From the NCBI GenBank assembly GCA_049967855.1, contig JBMFRX010000001.1, forward strand, positions 118,111-182,110: DNA of 64,000 nucleotides. Reading direction: 5' to 3'. Below are positions 20,229 to 30,254 of this stretch, piece by piece. This stretch comes from Caldisericaceae bacterium. Lineage in GTDB: Bacteria > Caldisericota > Caldisericia > Caldisericales > Caldisericaceae. The stretch's first letter is position 1. Each line of letters opens with the position of its first letter. Under the pieces are notes generated by a model. The model was not told where the DNA came from. It worked only from the letters and a program-made list of their open reading frames with translations, and made no database searches. A program made the position numbers and the translations under genes.

Positions 20229-21163
20229 TAACAAGAGAAATAGATGTTTTGAGAAGCTCCGTAAAAGGAGAAGTGCTTACAAACGAATTGATGTCAAAGC
20301 ACACTTCGTTTAGAATCGGAGGGCCTGCAGAAGTCTTTGTTAAGCCGAGCAGCACAGATGATTTGAAAAAAGTGCTTGAATGGGCAAAAAGAAATTCACA
20401 GAACATATTTGTTATGGGAAACGGAACCAACCTCATAGTCTCTGATGATGGCATTGAAGGCGTAGTTATAAAGATGGCTGATACATTCGCCAACATTCAG
20501 TATGATGGAAGTGAAGCAATGGTAGAATCTGGCACATCGATGCAGTACTTCCTCGAGGAGTCCCTCAGGAAAGGACTTGGTGGGATGGAATTTGCCTGGG
20601 GTATTCCAGGCGCTGTTGGAGGTTCGATTGTTATGAACGCTGGCAGCAACTCGCACTTCATAAGTACGAAAATAAATTATGTTGACGTAATGGATTTCAA
20701 CGGCAGAAAACTGAGGCTTAGTCACGACGATTTGAAATTTGATTATAGATATTCTGTTCTTCAAGAGGAACCGCTCATACTTCTTAATGCTCTGTTTACT
20801 CTCGACAAGAAAGACGTTGCGATGATGAAGGTTGAAAGAGAATCTTTTATAAAATCGCGCTGGGAGAAACAGCCGATTGATTTTCCTTGTGCGGGAAGTG
20901 TTTTCAAAAACCCACCTACAACTTATGCTGGTAAAGTTCTTGAAGAAGTTGGCTGCAAAGGTATGCAGGTAGGTGGCGCAAAAATATCCGAAAAGCATGC
21001 CAATTTTATTGTTAATCTAGGCAATGCAACTGCTTCTGACGTGTTATCTCTAATCAAGGAAGCTCAGCAGAGGGTATATAAACAGAAGGACCTTATACTT
21101 GAGCTTGAAATCAAGCTCGTTGGTAATTTTCAGACCTCATATTTGCTTGAGAGAAACAAATGA
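20225..21163 (+). CDS. murB: UDP-N-acetylenolpyruvoylglucosamine reductase
   Basis: HTSFRIGGPA, GNGTN, IPGAVGG..MNAG, AGSVFKNP, KHANFIVN. Confidence 0.96.
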   Translation: MITREIDVLRSSVKGEVLTNELMSKHTSFRIGGPAEVFVKPSSTDDLKKVLEWAKRNSQNIFVMGNGTNLIVSDDGIEGVVIKMADTFANIQYDGSEAMVESGTSMQYFLEESLRKGLGGMEFAWGIPGAVGGSIVMNAGSNSHFISTKINYVDVMDFNGRKLRLSHDDLKFDYRYSVLQEEPLILLNALFTLDKKDVAMMKVERESFIKSRWEKQPIDFPCAGSVFKNPPTTYAGKVLEEVGCKGMQVGGAKISEKHANFIVNLGNATASDVLSLIKEAQQRVYKQKDLILELEIKLVGNFQTSYLLERNK

Positions 21164-22089
21164 AAGAGCGTGTTTTAGTCATTGATGGTGGGCTCTCAAA
21201 TGAAAGGGAAATATCCCTGAGAAGTGGAAGGGCTATTTTCAACAGTTTAAAGGGACAGGGTTTCGAGGCATTGGAGTTTGATTTCAGAGGTTCTATTGAG
21301 CCAATTATAGAGCAATTCAAACCCGATGTTGTGTTTATAGCTTTGCATGGCATCCCAGGAGAAGATGGAACTGTTCAGGGAATGCTTGAGATAGCAAACG
21401 TTGCTTATACTTTTTCTGGCGTTTTACAGAGCTCGCTTTGCATGAACAAGCTCTTTACAAAATTAGTCTTCAGACAGATAGGCATTAAGACTCCAAATTT
21501 CATAAGCCTGAGGAGAGGAGATTCTCTGACATTCGAGAAAGCTTCCGAAGAGTTGAATTCTCCAAAAGTTGTTGTAAAACCAGTGGACCAGGGCTCTGCA
21601 ATAGGGGTTGGCATTGTAGACAATGAAGCAGGCTTCAACGATGCAATTAGAGAAGCGTTTAAGCTTTCAAGCAAAATCATCATTGAAGAGTTTATAAAAG
21701 GAACGGAAATTACAGTAACTGTCATCGGAAATTATCCTAACATAAAGGTCCTTCCGATTATTGAAATCATTCCCACTCACTCTTTCTACGACTTCTACTC
21801 AAAATATACGCCTGGCAAATCAACTCACAGAATACCTGCGAAGATAAGCGCCAAAGCATACAAGAAAGCAGAGGAGTTTGCGTTTTCTATCTACAAGGAC
21901 TTTGAACTGAGAGACCTTGCTCGGATTGATATGATTGTTGATAATGAAGATGTTTTTGTGCTCGAGGTTAACACAATCCCAGGTTTTACTGAGACAAGCC
22001 TTGTTCCAGATTCAGCAAGAGCCGCAGGGTTGAGTTTTGATGAGCTTACCAGTTTCATTGTAGGGGAGGCTCTGTCGCGCAGAAAGTGA
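21160..22089 (+). CDS. ddl: D-alanine--D-alanine ligase
   Basis: GG.S.ERE.S, LHG..GEDG, KP...GS, YDFYSKY, RID, EVNTIPG. Confidence 0.96.
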   Translation: MKERVLVIDGGLSNEREISLRSGRAIFNSLKGQGFEALEFDFRGSIEPIIEQFKPDVVFIALHGIPGEDGTVQGMLEIANVAYTFSGVLQSSLCMNKLFTKLVFRQIGIKTPNFISLRRGDSLTFEKASEELNSPKVVVKPVDQGSAIGVGIVDNEAGFNDAIREAFKLSSKIIIEEFIKGTEITVTVIGNYPNIKVLPIIEIIPTHSFYDFYSKYTPGKSTHRIPAKISAKAYKKAEEFAFSIYKDFELRDLARIDMIVDNEDVFVLEVNTIPGFTETSLVPDSARAAGLSFDELTSFIVGEALSRRK

Positions 22090-22691
22090 AAAGACTGCTA
22101 AGCATTTTGTTGGTTTTTGTTCTATTATTGATTGCAGTGCTTGTGGCCTTTTCTCCTTTACTCCCTGAAAGCAGCATCACCGTTTCGAGCAATATTCCTT
22201 TGAATACTGAAGACATTTTCTTGAAGACAGGTTTATTTTACTTTACCTATTTTCCTAAATTACCTGTTTCAGTTGACCGCAAATTGCTGAAAGTTTCAGT
22301 ATCTTATGTTGAAGCCGCCAAGTATAACATTAAGTTCAGTGATGGTATATTTGGCATTACTAAGGATGGCTGGGTTGTCAAAGAACCGCAGCCAGGTCTA
22401 AAAACAATTAATGCAAAATTCGAAAGTAGCAAATGGAATTCAAGTTTTAGGGAACTCTTCTTAGTATTTGAAAGCAATGATTTTATGGACAAAGTGAGTT
22501 CATTTTGTTTTTTTCAAAATTATGTTGCATTTTTTGATAAAAACGATATTCTTAATATAATGGGAGATAGAAATTATAGCGAAAAAATTCAGGAATATTT
22601 GAAAACAATCAGCTTGTTTACTGGTAAACTGGAGGCAATCAAGCAGATTGATTTTAGATTTGATAAGCAGTCTGTTATTATTTGGAGATGA
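22086..22691 (+). CDS. Divergent FtsQ/DivIB-like cell division protein
   Basis: N-terminal TM, C-terminal IDFRF resembling the FtsQ IDLRF motif, located between ddl and ftsA. Confidence 0.55.
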   Translation: MKRLLSILLVFVLLLIAVLVAFSPLLPESSITVSSNIPLNTEDIFLKTGLFYFTYFPKLPVSVDRKLLKVSVSYVEAAKYNIKFSDGIFGITKDGWVVKEPQPGLKTINAKFESSKWNSSFRELFLVFESNDFMDKVSSFCFFQNYVAFFDKNDILNIMGDRNYSEKIQEYLKTISLFTGKLEAIKQIDFRFDKQSVIIWR

Positions 22692-22692
22692 G

Positions 22693-23901
22693 ATGAACGA
22701 AAGAACCATTTCAGTGCTCGATTTAGGCAGTAGCAGTATAAAGTTCCTTATTGCAGAAATTGCTGAGGATAATGCTTCTATTGTTGGCGTGGGCAATGTT
22801 ACCTCTAAGAGCGTTAACAAAGGAGTGGTTGTTGATTTGAACAAGACAAGCGATGCTATTGCTCAGGCAGCCAAGGCTGCGGAAACTATGTCTGGCAAGA
22901 AACCGACCTCTGTTTATGTTTCTGTAAGCGGCGGGCACATCTATTCGCTTAATAACAGGGGCATTGTAATTATATCGAAAGAGGGGCGGGAGATTAGCAA
23001 GGATGACATAAGAAGAGTGGAAGAATCGGCAAAGGTCCTGTTGTTGCAGGCAAACCAGAATATTATTCATATTCTTCCGAGGCAATTTGTAATAGATGGT
23101 CAGGGAGGCATAAGGAATCCTGTAGGAATGTCTGGAATAAAACTTGAGGAAGAAGTTCATATTGTTACTGGTTCTTCAACAGCACTCTACAATATCAAGA
23201 AGGCGATTGCTATGGCTGGGCTTGATTTTGGAAGTTTTGTCCTTCAATCACTTGCATCATCTCTGTCTACTTTGAAAGAGCCGGAGAAAGAATTAGGCGT
23301 GGCTCTTCTTGACATTGGCGCAGGAACAGGAGACCTTATTGTGTATTCCAATGGTAATATTTCTCATACGGCTGTATTGCCTATGGGAGGAGAGTACATA
23401 ACAAAAGATTTGGCGTATGGCCTTAGAATATCATTTGAGGAGGCCGAAAAACTCAAGAAGGAGCATGGCTTTGTTATTACAGCTCAAGGCGAGATACCTT
23501 CAGGAGAAGTTGAAATAGAAAAAGTTGCAAGTTCTGAAAAACTCTTTGTTCCATACACTGAGGTCGGTGAAATAATTACTTCAAGAGTTGACGAGATTCT
23601 TGAAGGAGTAAGGCTTGAACTTATGAAGTCTGGCTATTGGAATTCTATTCCTTCTGGAATTGTTATTACTGGTGGATGTGCTGCTCTCAAAGGATTTTCT
23701 GAAAGAGCAAGCGAGATTCTTGAGATTCCTTCAAGGGTTGGCTATCCAAAGGGCGATTTTGCCTTGTCGAACCTGCTAAGCACTCCAGAATACTCTACTG
23801 CTGTTGGACTCGTGCTTTATGCAATGGAGAACGAAGAGACTGGAAGGAAGAGGTCTGATTTTTTGAAAAGCCTTTCTTGGCTTAAAGACATTTTTGAATA
23901 A
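22693..23901 (+). CDS. ftsA: Cell division protein FtsA
   Basis: LDLGSSSIK, NPVGMSG, DIGAGT, GG..IT.D, AEKLK, TGG, YSTAVGL. Start ATG 22693 after GGAG. Confidence 0.95.
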   Translation: MNERTISVLDLGSSSIKFLIAEIAEDNASIVGVGNVTSKSVNKGVVVDLNKTSDAIAQAAKAAETMSGKKPTSVYVSVSGGHIYSLNNRGIVIISKEGREISKDDIRRVEESAKVLLLQANQNIIHILPRQFVIDGQGGIRNPVGMSGIKLEEEVHIVTGSSTALYNIKKAIAMAGLDFGSFVLQSLASSLSTLKEPEKELGVALLDIGAGTGDLIVYSNGNISHTAVLPMGGEYITKDLAYGLRISFEEAEKLKKEHGFVITAQGEIPSGEVEIEKVASSEKLFVPYTEVGEIITSRVDEILEGVRLELMKSGYWNSIPSGIVITGGCAALKGFSERASEILEIPSRVGYPKGDFALSNLLSTPEYSTAVGLVLYAMENEETGRKRSDFLKSLSWLKDIFE

Positions 23902-23913
23902 GGGGGATAAGTT

Positions 23914-24963
23914 ATGATTGATCCTTGGAAGGGAGCTCAGGCAAGAATAAAGGTAATAGGCGTTGGCGGCGGTGGAGGAAACGCAATAAATCGTATGATA
24001 GACGAGGGTGTTGATGGCGTTGAATTTATTGCTGTGAATACCGACGTGCAGGTTCTTTCGCTTAATAAAGCCGACAGAAAGGTTCAAATCGGGCCTCGCA
24101 CAACGGGAGGCTTAGGGGCAGGTTCATATCCTGAAATTGGCAAAAAGTCTGCAGAGGAAAGCAAAGAAGAACTGAAGAAAATGATAGAGGGAGCAGACCT
24201 TCTGTTCATAACTGCAGGTATGGGCGGAGGGACAGGAACTGGTGCCTCTCCTATTATTGCAGCTATTGCCAAGGAGCTCGATATTCTCACTGTCGCCGTT
24301 GTTACAAAGCCCTTTTCCTTTGAAGGAAGAGCAAGGAACAGAGTCGCAGAGGACGGAATCAAAGAAATAGTTCCAAACACCGACACTGTTATTGTGATAT
24401 CAAATGATAGACTTCTCAAAATAGTTGACAAGAAAACCCCTTTGAATGAGGCATTTAAAGTTGCCGATAATATACTTCTTTATGCAGTAAAAGGAATTGC
24501 TGACCTCATTACTGTTCCTGGACTCATTAACGTTGATTTTGCAGATGTTAAGACCACCCTGAAGGAAGCAGGTACAGCCTGGTTTGGAATTGGGGTGGGT
24601 AGAGGAGAAAGCAGAGCGACAGATGCTGCCAGGAAGGCTGTTTCAAGTCCACTTCTTGAATTTTCAATAGACGGAGCTACTCGCGTTCTTTACAACATCA
24701 CTGGTGGCAAGAATTTTGGCATCGGTGAGGTTAATGAAGTTGCTACTGTAATAGCTGATGCCGTTGCTCCAGATGCAAACATCATTTTTGGTACTGCAAT
24801 TGACGAAAACCTTGAGGACGAAGTCCGTATCACAGTGATTGCTGCAGGATTTGATAAAAAAGTTGAATCAAAGTACGAGAAGAAGCATTTTGAGACAAAG
24901 AGCGAGAATCTGGAAAACTCTGATTTTGAAATCCCAGCTTTCCTTCGCAAAAGAGGTAAGTGA
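23914..24963 (+). CDS. ftsZ: Cell division protein FtsZ
   Basis: [26 protein letters not shown]-terminal EIPAFLR. Confidence 0.98.
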   Translation: MIDPWKGAQARIKVIGVGGGGGNAINRMIDEGVDGVEFIAVNTDVQVLSLNKADRKVQIGPRTTGGLGAGSYPEIGKKSAEESKEELKKMIEGADLLFITAGMGGGTGTGASPIIAAIAKELDILTVAVVTKPFSFEGRARNRVAEDGIKEIVPNTDTVIVISNDRLLKIVDKKTPLNEAFKVADNILLYAVKGIADLITVPGLINVDFADVKTTLKEAGTAWFGIGVGRGESRATDAARKAVSSPLLEFSIDGATRVLYNITGGKNFGIGEVNEVATVIADAVAPDANIIFGTAIDENLEDEVRITVIAAGFDKKVESKYEKKHFETKSENLENSDFEIPAFLRKRGK

Positions 24964-24972
24964 CCATAAACA

Positions 24973-25848
24973 GTGTTTAAAAAACTGCTAGGTTTTTTTG
25001 TCATTTTTTTTGTAAGCTTTTTTGTGCTCATAGGTTTAATGAAGGATGTATTTTCATTTGCAAGATCTGAAACTCTAAAGATAGAAAGTGTAAACGTTGA
25101 TTCTGTTCCAATTGCTCAAACTGTTTCTGGAAAAGTTGTTTTTGCTGCAGAGAAAGTTGTTTCTCCTTCAAGTGGGCAGATTGTTTTTGTAAAAGATAAT
25201 GGAGCGTATGTTGACAAAGGAACGCTTATTGCAAGAATACAGGGGAAGGAATTTTCTACTGACGTATTAAGCCCTGCAAGGGGAATTTTTATCTGGGATG
25301 AGCTTGCCAATTATATTAGATCGTACAAGGAGATTGGCCAGATTAGTGATAGCGACTTCATTTGTGATAGGCTCAAGCAAGGACAGAGTGTCAAATCCTC
25401 TCAGATTATAGGCTCTATTGCAACTAATGACGATTTTTATTTGATGCTGGATACGAATTCATTTACCAACGTCAAAATTGTTCAGGTAGTTATAGACTCA
25501 GTCTTTACTTCTGCTTCAGGAAGCGTTGTGCAGAGCAATGCTACTGGCTTAGTGGTGGATATGAGCAAATTCTTTAACGAATTGTACGACAAAAAACAGT
25601 TTACAGTAATTTCAAAGGTAATTAACGGCTTTAGGGTGAATGCAAACGATATAGTGAAATCTGGAGGGGTATCTGGTATCTACATTGTAAACGGCAACAG
25701 ACTGAAGTTCCTGCCAGTTGAAGTTTATGATGTGTCTCACCAAACATACGTCTCTGTGAAGGATGAGAATTTTGCATCTTTCAGTTCTTTTCTTATAGTG
25801 AGGTCTCCTTTAATGGTTAGAGAAGGGGAAGTTATTGGAAGTTTTTGA
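24973..25848 (+). CDS. Membrane-anchored HlyD/membrane-fusion-like hypothetical protein
   Basis: N-terminal TM; lipoyl-like half motifs SPSSG...G..V.KG..I and SPARG; C-terminal VREGE. Confidence 0.55.
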   Translation: MFKKLLGFFVIFFVSFFVLIGLMKDVFSFARSETLKIESVNVDSVPIAQTVSGKVVFAAEKVVSPSSGQIVFVKDNGAYVDKGTLIARIQGKEFSTDVLSPARGIFIWDELANYIRSYKEIGQISDSDFICDRLKQGQSVKSSQIIGSIATNDDFYLMLDTNSFTNVKIVQVVIDSVFTSASGSVVQSNATGLVVDMSKFFNELYDKKQFTVISKVINGFRVNANDIVKSGGVSGIYIVNGNRLKFLPVEVYDVSHQTYVSVKDENFASFSSFLIVRSPLMVREGEVIGSF

Positions 25849-25851
25849 TGA

Positions 25852-25878
25852 TGTAACCTTTTTACTAAAATTACGTTT
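25852..25878 (+). promoter_or_regulatory. Putative ECF-sigma-type (autoregulatory) promoter TGTAAC-N16-CGTTT
   Basis: TGTAAC 25852-25857 and CGTTT 25874-25878 directly upstream of the ECF sigma gene; fits the AAC...CGT ECF pattern. Confidence 0.55.
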
Positions 25879-25890
25879 ATAGAGGTAAGA

Positions 25891-26463
25891 GTGAACAAGT
25901 ACGGGGATGAGGATCTCGTAAAAAGAATCAAAGATGGAGATGAGGTGGCATTCCGTCAGTTTTACGAGAGGTTCTTTCTTAGAGTTTACAAGTATGCTTC
26001 AAGAAGGGTTAGGAATAGAGAATCCTCTGAGGACATTACTTCAGAAGTGTTCTTGAGGATACTCAAAGGAATTAAGAATTTTGAAGTGAGAGGAAAAGAT
26101 TCTCTCGATGTATGGGTGTATAGTATAGCGCGAAATGTGGTTTGCGATTGGTTTAGGAAGAATGCAGGCGTTGAGGTCCTCCCTCTGGAGGAAGGTTTTA
26201 TAGAGGTACTTGCCCCTATTCTGAACGACCCTTATTCAACGGCTGAGCGAGAAGAAGTTGAAAGGTATATAAAAGAAGCTTTGAGTGAGTTGCAAGAGAA
26301 TTATCGAGAAGTTATTGAAATGAGGTTCTATAGGCGTAAAAAACTTGCTGATATTGCATTTGAATTAGGAAAAAGCGTTGATGCAGTAAAAGTTATGCAA
26401 TTTAGGGCCCTCAAGAATTTAAAAGATAAAGTGGAGGAAAAAATAAAAAGTGCAAAAAGATGA
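25891..26463 (+). CDS. ECF RNA polymerase sigma-70 factor
   Basis: DEDLV...GDEVAF, EDITSEVF, W.YSIARN..D, region 4.2 IA.ELGKSVDAVK..FRALK.L. Confidence 0.92.
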   Translation: MNKYGDEDLVKRIKDGDEVAFRQFYERFFLRVYKYASRRVRNRESSEDITSEVFLRILKGIKNFEVRGKDSLDVWVYSIARNVVCDWFRKNAGVEVLPLEEGFIEVLAPILNDPYSTAEREEVERYIKEALSELQENYREVIEMRFYRRKKLADIAFELGKSVDAVKVMQFRALKNLKDKVEEKIKSAKR

Positions 26464-26887
26464 AGATTCGATTAACTTAATAATCAGCGATCTATTTGAT
26501 GAAAAATCGCCAGACTTGTCAAGTTGTGATTCAAGAGAAATGCTTTCTCTTTTTGACATTGTACTTTTGTTGAAAGAGGATGAACAATTTGATCCTTTGT
26601 TTAAAAAGAGCCTTGAGATTCAACTTGAAAAAACTTTGAGAGATGGCAAAGAGAAGAGCAAAGATTCTTACTATAGGTTGTTCTGGAAATCAATTCTACA
26701 GGTTTTGGGTTTCATAGGTATAAATGGCAATTCAGAAAAAGCCGAGCACGTTGGTATTTTCGAAGACGGTATTGACGCTTCCTTTATTAAAGCTTATTCT
26801 TTGCACGCTTTGAATTTAGATACTCTTCTGTATAATTATAGCAGTGTAGGTTACTGGTTTCCAAAATCTACTTTTGCTTTACAGTGA
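26450..26887 (+). CDS. Hypothetical protein, candidate anti-sigma/sigma partner
   Basis: Overlaps the ECF stop; DP.FKK.LE..L segment resembles anti-sigma N-termini; no clear family. Confidence 0.45.
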   Translation: MQKDEDSINLIISDLFDEKSPDLSSCDSREMLSLFDIVLLLKEDEQFDPLFKKSLEIQLEKTLRDGKEKSKDSYYRLFWKSILQVLGFIGINGNSEKAEHVGIFEDGIDASFIKAYSLHALNLDTLLYNYSSVGYWFPKSTFALQ

Positions 26888-26960
26888 GGAGGTGTAGCCT
26901 GTTAAAAGTTTCCTGAAAAGTAAGTTAGCAAAAATCCAAAAAACAAGGAGGTTTTAAGAA

Positions 26961-29207
26961 ATGAAGAAGTTACTAACTGCAGTATTGGTACTAGCAATGG
27001 TTCTTACTGTGTTTGCAGTAAGGCCTATGTCAGTCTCAGCAGCAGGCTTTGGAGATGTTCCAGCAAGCTACTGGGCAAAAGACCAAATTGATTACCTGGT
27101 AAGCAAGGGTGTAATAACTGGATATCCTGATGGCACTTTCAAGCCAGAGACTCCAGTTACGAGAGAGCAATTCGCAAAGATGATCTGCATTGCGAAAGGG
27201 CTTAAAGAGTACAAGCCTGCAACGGCAACATTTAAAGATGTTGATTCTTCACGTTGGTCTTATGGCTTTGTGGAAGCAGCTGTTAAAGCAGGTTACATCA
27301 AAGGCTATTCAGATGGTACTTTTGGTCCTGCAAAGAACATTACAAGACAAGAGCTCGCTGTTCTTGGTGTGAGAGTGCTCGGTAAAGAAGCAGAAGCAAA
27401 TGCTTTTACGGGTCCTGCACTTGTCTGGGCAAATGACCTAACTAAGATTGCAAGCTGGGCAGTAGGTGCAGTAACACTTGCGTACAGGCCTGACATTCAG
27501 ATTCTTACCTACAGGCTTCCTGAAGGAGTTGTCGCTCCAACAGCAGGCTCAACAAGAGCAGAATGTGCTTATGCAATTTATAAAATTATGGTGCCTCCAC
27601 AGGTTGGAGGAGTCGTAAAGATTGCACAAACTCAGGAACCAGATGCTCTGCCTTCTTGGCTGTCCTCGATGATGGCTGCAAGAGAAATTGAGATGCAGTT
27701 TGAGGACGGGATGATTTATGAGTTCCCAAATGGCACTCTTGCCCCAAGACTTTCTCTTAATGTTCCTAACGTTGCCGATGGAAGTTGGAAGGTTTATCAA
27801 GTAAATGGACAGGATTATATGCAAACCACATACCACCTCAGGAAAGGTGTGAAATGGTCCGATGGTGTTCCTGTTGATTATAAAGCAGATGTCACTTTCG
27901 CAGTTGGTGACGGAACTGAAGCAAGCAAGGCAAAGAGCGTGTATCTCTCTGGTAAAGTTGAGCAGATACCTTCAACTGACCCATATGACAAGATTGAGAA
28001 GATTGAATTCCCAGATCCATATACGATGGTTGTAACGTGGAATGCATTAACCCCATATGCAAATATGGGACTTCCAATCATTGCTTCGCACTACTACAGT
28101 AAAGTAGCCCTTGAAGACCTCAGTGCGTCCGATCTCGTTAAGAAACCTCTTGCTTTAGGTCCTTATATGGTTAAAACTTGGTCTGAGGGCGCTTATATCT
28201 CCGTGGTGCCAAATCCAAACTGGTTTGGGTGGGCTGGTTCTAAGTCGCTTGTTCAGGAATATGACTACATATGGTATCCTGACACAAATACAATGCTTAT
28301 GAACGTTCAGGCTGGCACTTGCGATGTTACTCTCATTGGCCTCGGTGCAAAAGAAGCAAAACAAGCTGCAAATATTAAGACAATTAAGGTGCAGTATGTT
28401 CCTTCTACCTATTGGGAGCATTTTGACTTCAACGTTGATGACCCAATCCTAAGCGATGTTAATGTGAGAAAGGCAATTGCCTATGGAATTAACTACCAGG
28501 ATATTATTAACAGGGTCCACCTTGGTATTAGGAAAGTCAACAACACATTCATTTTCTTCCCTGGTTCTCAGTTTACTAAACCCAATACTTATACGCCTGG
28601 CTATGACCCTGCAAAAGCAAAACAACTCCTTGATGCCGCAGGATGGGTAGTAGGGGCAGATGGCTACAGGTATAAGAATGGGAAGAAGTTGACTCTTGAG
28701 CTATCAACAACCACAAGGCAGGATAGAAAAGACTCTGCTGTTGTAATTCAATCTGAGATGAAAGACATTGGAATCGAGATTGTTCCTAAATTCTTATCCG
28801 CTACTTATTTCTTTGGCACATATTGCACCCATAGGATGTTCCAGATTGCAATGTTTGCTTGGGGTGGAGACCCAGTTGACCCGTCAGGCTACACTATGTA
28901 CGGATCTGATCAGATTCCAACTGAAGCAAACGGTTGGGCTGGGCAGAACTATACAGGCATTGTTGACAAAACTTTGAACGACGCATTCTACAATGCAACT
29001 CACTCAGTTGATACGGCAGTAAGAATTAAGAATTACTATGTTGGTTTGCAGAGGCTTGTCGACCTTCTGCCTGAGCTTCCTTTGAACTGGTGGGTAGATG
29101 TTTATACGCCAAAGACGAATCTTGCTATGGCAGGCTTCCAGTATAGTCTTTCTTCTTCACTCGGCTACACTTACAACTCCGAACTCTGGTATTGGGAGAA
29201 GAAGTAG
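26961..29207 (+). CDS. oppA: Peptide/nickel ABC substrate-binding protein (family 5) fused to N-terminal S-layer homology (SLH) repeats
   Basis: Signal peptide ending VSA; FxDV...W...GYxDGTFxP..TR repeats; LRKGVKWSDG, GPY, VRKAI, YDPAKAKQLL.AAGW. Confidence 0.88.
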   Translation: MKKLLTAVLVLAMVLTVFAVRPMSVSAAGFGDVPASYWAKDQIDYLVSKGVITGYPDGTFKPETPVTREQFAKMICIAKGLKEYKPATATFKDVDSSRWSYGFVEAAVKAGYIKGYSDGTFGPAKNITRQELAVLGVRVLGKEAEANAFTGPALVWANDLTKIASWAVGAVTLAYRPDIQILTYRLPEGVVAPTAGSTRAECAYAIYKIMVPPQVGGVVKIAQTQEPDALPSWLSSMMAAREIEMQFEDGMIYEFPNGTLAPRLSLNVPNVADGSWKVYQVNGQDYMQTTYHLRKGVKWSDGVPVDYKADVTFAVGDGTEASKAKSVYLSGKVEQIPSTDPYDKIEKIEFPDPYTMVVTWNALTPYANMGLPIIASHYYSKVALEDLSASDLVKKPLALGPYMVKTWSEGAYISVVPNPNWFGWAGSKSLVQEYDYIWYPDTNTMLMNVQAGTCDVTLIGLGAKEAKQAANIKTIKVQYVPSTYWEHFDFNVDDPILSDVNVRKAIAYGINYQDIINRVHLGIRKVNNTFIFFPGSQFTKPNTYTPGYDPAKAKQLLDAAGWVVGADGYRYKNGKKLTLELSTTTRQDRKDSAVVIQSEMKDIGIEIVPKFLSATYFFGTYCTHRMFQIAMFAWGGDPVDPSGYTMYGSDQIPTEANGWAGQNYTGIVDKTLNDAFYNATHSVDTAVRIKNYYVGLQRLVDLLPELPLNWWVDVYTPKTNLAMAGFQYSLSSSLGYTYNSELWYWEKK

Positions 29208-29221
29208 AATTTAGTATTTGA

Positions 29222-29256
29222 AGACTTCATTGGGGGGCTTCAGCCCCCCAAAGTCT
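29222..29256 (+). other. Strong GC stem-loop between oppA and oppB (mRNA stabiliser or partial terminator)
   Basis: TTGGGGGGCT-TC-AGCCCCCCAA flanked by AGACT/AGTCT; no U-tract. Confidence 0.7.
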
Positions 29257-29276
29257 GGTAAGGAGGTTTTTCTACT

Positions 29277-30245
29277 GTGAGAACTTATTTGACGAGAAGA
29301 ATTTTGCAAATGATTCCGCTTTTTATTGGAGTTGCCCTTGTTACATTCCTTGTATTGAGCCTTGTTGGCGACCCTTTTACTGAAATGCTGCTCAACCCGC
29401 ACATCAAACCTGCTGATGTTGAGAGACTCAGGCATGCCTGGGGGTTTGACCTTCCAATCTATCTAAGGTTTTTCAAATGGTTTTGGGCAATGCTTACAGG
29501 GAACTGGGGGCTCTCTATATTTGCGGGTGGAAGGCCCGTAACTGAACTTGTAGGTAATGCAATTGGATGGACATTGAAGTTTTCTGTGGCATCTTTTATT
29601 CTTGCTTTCATAGTTGCAGTCCCTATTGGGATTTATTCTGCGTTACGCCAATACACTATTTTTGATTATGTTTCAACTGGGTTTGCATTTTTTGGTATGT
29701 CTATGCCTACGTTCTGGTTTGGGTTTATTTTGTTGATGATATTTGGACTGAGGCTTCATTGGCTTCCAATCGGCGGAGTAATGACCCCTGGAATGGAGAG
29801 CGCCCCTTTTATGGCGAGGGTTTTAGACCAAACCAAGTATTTTATACTGCCAGTTATTGTTCTTTCTCTTTTTGAAATGGGCTCCTGGATGAGATACACT
29901 CGAAGTTCTATGCTTGAAGTAGTTCACCAGGATTATCTGAGAACTGCACGTGCCAAGGGACTTCCAGAAAGAACTGTAATAGTTAAGCATGCACTGAGGA
30001 ATGCTCTAATCCCAATAATAACCCTGCTTGGGTTAGCTCTGCCTGCGCTTATTTCTGGCGCTATGATCACAGAGCAGGTTTTTTCAATACCTGGAATGGG
30101 CCGCTTAACTCTGCAGGCGATGTTAAGCAATGACTTTCCACTTGCGATGGTATGCCTTCTGCTTGAATCATATCTGTTGATTTTCGGTAACCTGGTTGCA
30201 GACCTTTTGTATGCAGTCGTTGACCCTCGCATTAAATACAGTTAG
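29277..30245 (+). CDS. oppB: Oligopeptide ABC permease
   Basis: SMPTFW.G, DYLRTARAKGL, HALRNAL, EQVFSIPGMG, DPRI. Confidence 0.93.
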   Translation: MRTYLTRRILQMIPLFIGVALVTFLVLSLVGDPFTEMLLNPHIKPADVERLRHAWGFDLPIYLRFFKWFWAMLTGNWGLSIFAGGRPVTELVGNAIGWTLKFSVASFILAFIVAVPIGIYSALRQYTIFDYVSTGFAFFGMSMPTFWFGFILLMIFGLRLHWLPIGGVMTPGMESAPFMARVLDQTKYFILPVIVLSLFEMGSWMRYTRSSMLEVVHQDYLRTARAKGLPERTVIVKHALRNALIPIITLLGLALPALISGAMITEQVFSIPGMGRLTLQAMLSNDFPLAMVCLLLESYLLIFGNLVADLLYAVVDPRIKYS

Positions 30246-30254
30246 GAGGGTGAG

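Noticed and set aside
20396..20998. 200-aa antisense ORF
   Set aside because: Shadow of murB with implausible composition.
26886..26915. Strong SD (GAGGAGGTG) suggesting a leader peptide before oppA
   Set aside because: No ATG/GTG/TTG at a suitable distance; only a 5-codon CTG frame.
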